Shown here in pieces: positions 26,592-32,660 of a stretch of 38,308 bases of DNA (positions are counted from its first letter, which is position 1; each line of letters opens with the position of its first letter). Under the pieces are notes generated by a model. The model did not search any database. It worked only from the letters and a program-made list of their open reading frames with translations, and had not been told where the DNA came from. The stretch lies in the NCBI GenBank assembly GCA_022600255.1, contig JAHZKU010000228.1, forward strand, positions 1 to 38,308. The letters are read 5' to 3'. Source of the DNA: Actinomycetes bacterium (GTDB lineage: Bacteria > Actinomycetota > Actinomycetes > S36-B12 > GCA-2699445). The translations under genes were made by a program, and so were the position numbers.

Positions 26592-27208
26592 GCTGTGCCT
26601 CCTTCGCCGGCGACGTCGCGAGCGCTGCGCACAACTTCGTCGACAAAACCGTAATCTTTTGCTTCATCTGCGGTGAACCAGCGGTCACGATCGGAGTCTT
26701 GCTCGATCGTTTCCAAGGACTGACCGGTATGGCCGGCGATCAGTTCAGCCATCTTCTTCTTCGTATACAACATCTGTTCGGCCTGGATTTTGATATCCGA
26801 CGCGGTGCCCCCGATGCCACCGGACGGCTGGTGCATCATGATCCGGGCGTGCGGCAGCGCGTACCGCTTGCCCTCGGCCCCCGCGCACAACAGGAACTGC
26901 CCCATGGATGCGGCTAGCCCCATACCGACCGTGGCCACATCATTCTTGACGAACTGCATCGTGTCGTAAATCGCCATACCCGCAGAGACCGAGCCGCCTG
27001 GGGAGTTGATGTACAAGAAGATGTCCCGGTCGGCATCCTCGGCGGCCAGCAGCAGGATCTGCGCAGCGATGGCGTTGGCCATCTGGTCTTCGACCACAGA
27101 CCCCAAAAAGATGATGCGTTCTCGCAGCAGTTTTTGGTAGATCGATTCGTCTAGCCCCGCTCCGGAGGGCGATTGACCCCGGGAGTTGGGCAACAGGATG
27201 TCCGACAC
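26588..27208 (-). CDS. clpP1: ATP-dependent Clp protease proteolytic subunit ClpP1
   Basis: 206 aa. [30 protein letters not shown] start with GGAGG SD. Confidence 0.96.
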   Translation of the reverse strand: MSDILLPNSRGQSPSGAGLDESIYQKLLRERIIFLGSVVEDQMANAIAAQILLLAAEDADRDIFLYINSPGGSVSAGMAIYDTMQFVKNDVATVGMGLAASMGQFLLCAGAEGKRYALPHARIMMHQPSGGIGGTASDIKIQAEQMLYTKKKMAELIAGHTGQSLETIEQDSDRDRWFTADEAKDYGFVDEVVRSARDVAGEGGTA

Positions 27209-27245
27209 TGGCAGCCTCCGTGATGATCGGTGATAACGCCGAATA

Positions 27246-27267
27246 GTTAAGTTGCCTTGACCTTAAC
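27246..27267 (-). promoter_or_regulatory. Inverted repeat GTTAAG-N10-CTTAAC in an AT-richer patch 38-59 nt upstream of the clpP1 start; candidate operator overlapping a promoter
   Basis: Read directly. On the minus strand the surrounding sequence is TTGGCGCGTTAAGGTCAAGGCAACTTAACTATTCGG, with -35/-10-like hexamers. Confidence 0.3.
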
Positions 27268-27422
27268 GCGCCAAGGCCATGGCCAGTCACCCCGACTGGC
27301 ATCTTTCGCGGTCGGCTCAAAACCCCGCCCCGGCGACACCTGTCGACTCAGCCGCTAGCCAAACCCTCGACCCTGACCGCTCGCACCCACCTGCCCCAGC
27401 AATCCGTCGACCGTCCTCGGCG

Positions 27423-27956
27423 TCAGGCACCAACCTTGATCCGCGGTACCGGATAGTCCACGGGATACGCGTGATGGCCATCCGCACCCCCACGGTCGGG
27501 TGCGGTCCATTTGGATTTCACGTCGCCACACACCTGGATCGTTGGAGTGGAGTAGATGCCGGCCTTCTTTGGGTAACGCACGCGCAGCTTGAAGTCTTGC
27601 ACCTCTTTGGCTCCCAGTGGCTGCCCAACGGCCCGCCAAACGATGACCGTACGCCCCTGCTTCGTGCGGCGCTTCTGCGACGACCAGCCCTGCACCGCTT
27701 TCGGCTTGGCTTTCCACTTCTTGCCGAACCGGGTCTTGACCTTGTTGGTGGCTAAGGTTCCGTTGCAGCCGTGCGGGATTCGCATCGTGACCACACCTCG
27801 CTTCCCCGCTTTGGCATCCTTGCCGTTCAACAGCACCGTGGCGTGGGCTGACGCGGCGGTTGTCATTCCAGCTATCAGGCCAGCAGCGACGACGCAGGGT
27901 GCGATGACGAACGCCATGATGCGGTGGGTGCGGGGAACTCGGGCAGAGGCAGGCAT
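27423..27956 (-). CDS. YcnI-like (DUF1775) secreted copper-binding protein, divergent
   Basis: Signal peptide ending ..TTAASA/HATV, so His would be the mature N-terminus as in YcnI. The pattern HATVLLNGKDAKAGKRGVVTMRIPHGCNGTLATNKVK..GW..IVWRAVGQPLGAKEVQDFKLRV..W resembles the YcnI beta-sandwich as I recall it. Confidence 0.7.
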   Translation of the reverse strand: MPASARVPRTHRIMAFVIAPCVVAAGLIAGMTTAASAHATVLLNGKDAKAGKRGVVTMRIPHGCNGTLATNKVKTRFGKKWKAKPKAVQGWSSQKRRTKQGRTVIVWRAVGQPLGAKEVQDFKLRVRYPKKAGIYSTPTIQVCGDVKSKWTAPDRGGADGHHAYPVDYPVPRIKVGA

Positions 27957-28020
27957 CTGGCAAAACTACGCGAAGTGAGATTGCTGTTGCGCGTTGGTGA
28001 GGCTGACTCGACCAGTTCAG

Positions 28021-28473
28021 CTAGCTGCAATCACCAGCCGTGATTGTGCCGGTGCTGTGCATGTACCGCTTAGCGGCCTCACCCTCGCCCGCTTGCAGGC
28101 ACCAGTCAGTCAGATCAATCACCTGGGCGCCGACAGCCGATTCGTTCAGAGCCCGGCCCCGGGTATGTAACGTCACGGTTGGCGCGAGTGCCAGTTTGGC
28201 ATCGCCAGAGTCGCCGGTGACCTCCACCGTACGATTCGCGGAATCGAACCACGCCACATCGGCCACCGCTTGTCCAGCCGTGAGATGTCGACCCATCACA
28301 CTCAGTTCCACCTCGGCCCCAACGGCTCGAGCATCACTGATCACGTCCGCCGACTCTTGGCCCATGGCGTAGGTGAGCACTCCGGTGGTGGGCAGGGCAA
28401 CCAAACCCGCTAGCAGCAGTGTCTTCAACGTCGGATTCCAACCAGATCGCGTGGCCGTAGCCGCAACGATCAC
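28021..28473 (-). CDS. Hypothetical membrane-anchored/secreted protein (150 aa)
   Basis: N-terminal hydrophobic anchor (LKTLLLAGLVALPTTGVL), two C-terminal Cys (DWC...GDCS). Short gaps to tig upstream and the YcnI-like gene downstream. No family recognised. Confidence 0.5.
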   Translation of the reverse strand: MIVAATATRSGWNPTLKTLLLAGLVALPTTGVLTYAMGQESADVISDARAVGAEVELSVMGRHLTAGQAVADVAWFDSANRTVEVTGDSGDAKLALAPTVTLHTRGRALNESAVGAQVIDLTDWCLQAGEGEAAKRYMHSTGTITAGDCS

Positions 28474-28515
28474 CTCATCCCCGACCTGTCGGCCGGGTGC
28501 AATGTGCTGGGAGGA

Positions 28516-30003
28516 CTACTTGTCCTCGTCGGTGGCTTCGATGATCGCGTCCACCTCGGCCTCGGCGGCTGCCTCATCGGCAACCTCCTGCGTGGCGGCC
28601 TTGGCATCGGCCACAATCTCTTCAGCAGCCTCCGCCTCATCGACGATCTCTTCGGCTTCCTCAACAACCTCAGCTTCTGCCTCGGCTTCTGCCGCCGCCA
28701 TGGCGGCCTGAACTTGAGCCATGGCGTTGGCCCGCTCGTTGAGGACCCGATCGATCTCCTTCAGGTCGACCTCTTCGCCGTTGGTGTCGACGATGTTGGC
28801 TTCCTCAAGCACGAGCGCCAGGGCCTTGCCGCGTCGCACTTCGGCAACGGCGGTTGGCACCTGGCCGGCTTCCACTAGCGCCTGGGCGAACTGATCGGGT
28901 GACATGCCGTACTGCTGGGCCTGCATCATGAGCCATTGGCTCAGTTCGGCTTCCTCTACCGAGACATCCTCGGCGTCGGCGATCTTGTCGAAGATGAACT
29001 GTGCTTTCAGGTTCTTGCGAGCGTTCTCCTCCACCTCGGCACGGTGGTCCGGATCGCCGTGGCCGTCTTCGAAGTGGCCCTGCAGCTCGCCCTGAATGAC
29101 TCCCTCGGGAATCGGAATATCGATGAGCTCCAGTAGTCGGTCGTGAGCCTTGTTGCGAGCCAGCTGTCCGCGTTCCATGAGGCGGCTGCGGCCGAGACGC
29201 TCACGAACATCCGCAACTAGTTCCTCGGCCGTATCGAACTCACTTGCCATCATCGCGAACTCGTCGTCCACTGTGGGCAACTCGCGTTCCCGCACCGCCT
29301 TCACCGTCACAGTGACATCGATGTCCTTGCCTTCCATGTCACCAAACTCCGGGGTGAACACGAAGGTGTTATCTTCTCCATCGCTTAGGCCTATCACGGC
29401 ATCGTCTAGGCCCGGCACTACGCCGTCTTTGCCGACTTCGTAGGACAGGGCCGTCTGCGATAGGTCATCCACATCCTCGCCATTGGCCTTGGCCGCAATG
29501 TCGATTAGGAGCACGTCGCCAGCCGCGGCCGGGCGCTCGGCCACGTTGTAGGTGCCGAACTGGGTTTGCAGGGAAACCAGTTGCTCCTGCACATCCTCAT
29601 CGGTGACGTCCAACGCATCAACTTCTAGGTCCAGACCCTTGTAGTCGGGCAGGTCGAAGTCGGGACGAATGTCTACTTCAGCGGTGAAGGCGATCTTCTC
29701 ACCGTCCTCGATCTCGGTCACCTCGACATCGGGTTGGCCCAACGGGTAGACACCCTGCTCCTGGATGATCTCGTCGTAAGCCGCGGGGACCCGGGAGTTC
29801 ACCACTTCTTCCAAGATCGGCCCACGGCCAATCCGCTGGTCAATGATTTGGCGCGGCACCTTGCCCTTGCGGAATCCCGGAATCGCGGCCTGCTGGCTGA
29901 TCTTGCGATATGCCGCCGCGATCTCGTCCTGCAGTTCGTCGAAGGGAATCTCCACTGCGAGCTTGATGCGGGTTTCAGACAGGTTTTCGACGTCGCTTTT
30001 CAC
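28516..30003 (-). CDS. tig: Trigger factor with an extended Ala/Glu-rich acidic C-terminal tail
   Basis: 495 aa. N-terminal ribosome-binding motif (AAIPGFRKGKVPRQI), FKBP-like middle and C-terminal arms, and the tail AAEAEAEAEVVEEAEEIVDEAEAAEE... GTG start with AGGAG SD. Confidence 0.95.
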   Translation of the reverse strand: MKSDVENLSETRIKLAVEIPFDELQDEIAAAYRKISQQAAIPGFRKGKVPRQIIDQRIGRGPILEEVVNSRVPAAYDEIIQEQGVYPLGQPDVEVTEIEDGEKIAFTAEVDIRPDFDLPDYKGLDLEVDALDVTDEDVQEQLVSLQTQFGTYNVAERPAAAGDVLLIDIAAKANGEDVDDLSQTALSYEVGKDGVVPGLDDAVIGLSDGEDNTFVFTPEFGDMEGKDIDVTVTVKAVRERELPTVDDEFAMMASEFDTAEELVADVRERLGRSRLMERGQLARNKAHDRLLELIDIPIPEGVIQGELQGHFEDGHGDPDHRAEVEENARKNLKAQFIFDKIADAEDVSVEEAELSQWLMMQAQQYGMSPDQFAQALVEAGQVPTAVAEVRRGKALALVLEEANIVDTNGEEVDLKEIDRVLNERANAMAQVQAAMAAAEAEAEAEVVEEAEEIVDEAEAAEEIVADAKAATQEVADEAAAEAEVDAIIEATDEDK

Positions 30004-30038
30004 GGATCAAGGCTCCTGGGTTCGGGGTGGATGGTTTG

Positions 30039-30114
30039 TGGTCGGGGCGGGGAGACTCGAACTCCCGATCTCCTGCTCCCAAAGCAGGCGCGCTAGCCAC
30101 TACGCTACGCCCCG
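30039..30114 (-). tRNA. tRNA-Pro (anticodon TGG), CCA encoded
   Basis: Hand-folded cloverleaf: CGGGGCG-TA-GCGT-AGTGGCTA-GCGC-G-CCTGC-TTTGGGA-GCAGG-AGATC-GGGAG-TTCGAGT-CTCCC-CGCCCCG-A-CCA. Confidence 0.93.
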
Positions 30115-30349
30115 TCAAACCTCCCCCATCGTACCGGTTGACCGCACGAAACTGTTAGCCGTGCCCCCAACCTGCCACTAGGGGCGGCAAAGTCTAGATT
30201 CGGCTCGACTCCAACCAGCGGATTCTGGTTCAGGCGGCAAGGCCGCACGCTGAGCCGCGGAGTGAGGACGAGAAGGGGGCATTAGGACGAGCGGGGATGT
30301 CACGATGACCCAAAACACTGGCTACACTGATGCGAAGCGCAAGCGTTGC

Positions 30350-30423
30350 GCGGGTGTAGCTCAATGGTAGAGCCTCAGCCTTCCAAGCTGATGGTGCCGG
30401 TTCGATCCCGGTCACCCGCTCCA
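30350..30423 (+). tRNA. tRNA-Gly (anticodon TCC), CCA encoded
   Basis: Hand-folded: GCGGGTG-TA-GCTC-AATGGTA-GAGC-C-TCAGC-CTTCCAA-GCTGA-TGGT-GCCGG-TTCGATC-CCGGT-CACCCGC-T-CCA. Confidence 0.93.
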
Positions 30424-30454
30424 AGACCCAGTAGAGCCAACTGCGCTCGATCTA

Positions 30455-30470
30455 GCAGGGCGTTCCCTGC
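30455..30470. terminator. Short GC hairpin GCAGGG-CGTT-CCCTGC between the tRNA-Gly 3' end and the convergent small ORF
   Basis: Read directly. 6-bp stem, 4-nt loop, no T-tract. It could serve either converging transcript. Confidence 0.3.
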
Positions 30471-30550
30471 CCGAGCATCGCTGAAGTACAACAAGAGGGC
30501 TCCCCGATCCGCCCCCCAGCACGCGCGGCCATGCTCGATCCGACAGTGCG

Positions 30551-30826
30551 TCAGCGCAAGACGCTGCTGTCGGTTTCGATCGTGTAGTGGCGATGCCCAA
30601 AAGCCTTCTTGAACTTGTCCTCGGTGAGCTGGCCAGCCGTTTGCGCTAGGGCGGGCCAATCAGCCGGATCATCCTCGGTCATGTTGCGACCATCCATGCG
30701 GTACTGCGCGTTGTCCACCAGGACAACAATCCCGATCTCCGAAAGGCCGCGCTCGTCCAGTTCTTTCCGAAAGAACTTTGCGACATCTTCTGCCAGCTCG
30801 TGGTCGGTCACTGTTTGCCTCCGCAT
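30551..30826 (-). CDS. Small acidic hypothetical protein (86-91 aa)
   Basis: ORF with an ATG at 30826. An internal GTG at 30811 has a much better SD (CGGAGG, 6-nt spacer). Product is ..VTDHELAEDVAKFFRKELDERGLSEIGIVVLVDNAQYRMDG... No family recognised. Confidence 0.45.
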   Translation of the reverse strand: MRRQTVTDHELAEDVAKFFRKELDERGLSEIGIVVLVDNAQYRMDGRNMTEDDPADWPALAQTAGQLTEDKFKKAFGHRHYTIETDSSVLR

Positions 30827-30891
30827 CGCTTTGCCTCAGGGATGCCACAGCAGATGCTGGGGATCGCCACTCACAGTAGCGAGCCGGGGCC

Positions 30892-30913
30892 CGGCTTTGC
30901 CCGGCCAAAGCCG
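30892..30913 (-). terminator. Hairpin CGGCTTTG-CCCGGC-CAAAGCCG, 86 nt downstream of the glpK stop
   Basis: Read directly. 8-bp stem, no U-tract. Confidence 0.3.
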
Positions 30914-30999
30914 CACCCGGTTCGGCGTCATCGGCACTTAACTGGGCTTGCACTCTTCGTCGGCCAGATGCCGCGAGAACGCCCCGGATGGAACAAAAC

Positions 31000-32514
31000 C
31001 TACTCGTTTACCGGCACCCAATCCAGGGTGCGCTCAACGGCCTGCTTCCAGCGCGCAAACAACCTATCGGCTTCGGCTGGATCCATCTGGGGCGTCCAGC
31101 GCTTGTCCTCGGCCCAGTTCGCGCGCATGTCGTCACCAGAGGCCCAGAAGCCGACAGCCAAGCCGGCCGCGTAGGCAGCACCGAGTGCAGTGGTTTCAAC
31201 CGTCTTAGGTCGGATCACCGGCACCCCGAGAATGTCGGATTGGAACTGCATTAACAGTTCATTCATCACCATTCCGCCATCGACCTTCAGTGTCGTCAGT
31301 TCCACGCCAGAGTCGGCCTGCATCGCCTCAATCACTTCGCGGGATTGGTAGGCGGCCGCTTCCAGCGCCGCCCGGGCGATATGACCCTTGTTGATAAATC
31401 GGGTTAGACCGACTAGCGCCCCGCGAGCGTCAGAACGCCAGTAAGGAGCAAACAGTCCCGAAAAGGCCGGAACAAAGTAGCAGTCGCCATTGTCATCCAC
31501 CGTTTCCGCCAGAGCTTCAATCTCGGGAGCCGCTTCGATAATGCCGATATTGTCTCGCAGCCACTGCACCAGACTTCCGGTCACCGCGATGGCACCCTCT
31601 AGCGCATAAACGGTGGGTTCGTCACCAATCTTGTAGCAGACCGTGGTGAGCAGACCGTTCTGACTCAAGACCGGCTCTTGCCCGGTGTTCAGCAGCAGGA
31701 AGTTGCCCGTGCCGTAAGTGTTCTTGGCTTCACCAGGAATCAGGCAGGCTTGCCCAAAGGTCGCGGCCTGCTGATCGCCCAGAATGCCAGCGATCGGCGT
31801 CCCGGCCAGCAACTTGGGATCTACCACCTCGCCGTAAACCTCAGAAGAACTGCGGATTTCCGGGAGCATCGACATCGGGATCCCCATGTCTGCGGCATTC
31901 TCCGGAATCCAACTGAGAGTGCGCAAATCCATTAGTAGGGTGCGCGAAGCGTTCGTGGGATCGGTGATGTGCAAGCCGCCGTTAACACCGCCGGTCATGT
32001 GCCAGATCAGGAACGTGTCGATCGTGCCCATCAGGAGGTTTCCCGCGTCCGCCTCCTCTCGAGCCCCGTCCACATTCTCCAGAATCCAGGCGACCTTGGG
32101 GCCCGCGAAGTAGGTGGCCAGCGGCAGGCCGGTCCGCTCGGTATATCGGGTGGCGCCACCGCCGAGTTTGCCGAGACGCTCAACGATGTCCTTGGTGCGG
32201 ACGTCTTGCCACACGATTGCGTTGTAGACCGATTTCCCGGTGTTCTTGTTCCAAACAATGGTGGTTTCCCGCTGTTGGGTGATCCCGATGGCCTGAACTT
32301 GCCGTCGGGCCGCGTCGGCTTCAACCAGGACCCCGCCCATCACCGAGGAGACGTTTTTCCAGATCTCTTCGGGATCATGTTCAACCCAGCCCGCCCGCGG
32401 GAAGATCTGTTTGTGTTCCATCTGATCAGTAGCGATGGGAGTCCCAGAGTGGTCGAATAGGATGGCGCGCGATGAGGTCGTGCCTTGATCGATGGCCATG
32501 ATGAAATCAGTCAT
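31000..32514 (-). CDS. glpK: Glycerol kinase
   Basis: MTDFIMAIDQGTTSSRAILFD.. and full-length FGGY-kinase similarity. ATG at 32514 with GGGAGAG SD. The upstream 44 codons in the track ORF are not GlpK-like. Confidence 0.96.
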   Translation of the reverse strand: MTDFIMAIDQGTTSSRAILFDHSGTPIATDQMEHKQIFPRAGWVEHDPEEIWKNVSSVMGGVLVEADAARRQVQAIGITQQRETTIVWNKNTGKSVYNAIVWQDVRTKDIVERLGKLGGGATRYTERTGLPLATYFAGPKVAWILENVDGAREEADAGNLLMGTIDTFLIWHMTGGVNGGLHITDPTNASRTLLMDLRTLSWIPENAADMGIPMSMLPEIRSSSEVYGEVVDPKLLAGTPIAGILGDQQAATFGQACLIPGEAKNTYGTGNFLLLNTGQEPVLSQNGLLTTVCYKIGDEPTVYALEGAIAVTGSLVQWLRDNIGIIEAAPEIEALAETVDDNGDCYFVPAFSGLFAPYWRSDARGALVGLTRFINKGHIARAALEAAAYQSREVIEAMQADSGVELTTLKVDGGMVMNELLMQFQSDILGVPVIRPKTVETTALGAAYAAGLAVGFWASGDDMRANWAEDKRWTPQMDPAEADRLFARWKQAVERTLDWVPVNE

Positions 32515-32660
32515 TACTCTCCCGAGCCGCCCCAGCGCGAGAAACACGGGCCGACAATTGCGTGTTAGTGGGGAGCGCCGTTGCCGACTGCACCCCAGTA
32601 CTGAACGCCAATAGTCTGCCGGGTGTGGCGCCGTTTCGCTCGGCAATCAGTGGTCTGCCG

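Noticed and set aside
27209-27422. ClgR-type operator (CGC-N5-GCG) upstream of clpP1
   Set aside because: The nearest match, CGCCCCGGCG, has a 4-nt spacer and lies far from the start. No convincing site was seen.
27355-27963. 202-aa alternative frame overlapping the YcnI-like ORF
   Set aside because: It is on the same strand in a different frame. It lacks a signal peptide and any motif, while the 27423..27956 frame gives the YcnI-like pattern.
30230-30612. ORFs 30230..30424 (-) and 30346..30612 (+)
   Set aside because: Both run through the tRNA-Gly gene, and the region folds into a canonical cloverleaf.
30424-31000. Integrated mobile element at the tRNA-Gly 3' end
   Set aside because: There is no integrase or recombinase ORF, and I saw no direct repeat of the tRNA 3' end downstream. 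Only one small orphan ORF lies there.
32515-32646. N-terminal 44-codon extension of glpK in the track ORF (similarly 13750-13812 for mreC, 8321-8425 for the radical SAM gene, 35568-35600 for the LysM/BTAD gene, 36374-36397 for the ParA-like gene)
   Set aside because: The internal starts have good SD sequences, give canonical N-termini or ATGA coupling, and avoid overlaps with neighbouring genes.
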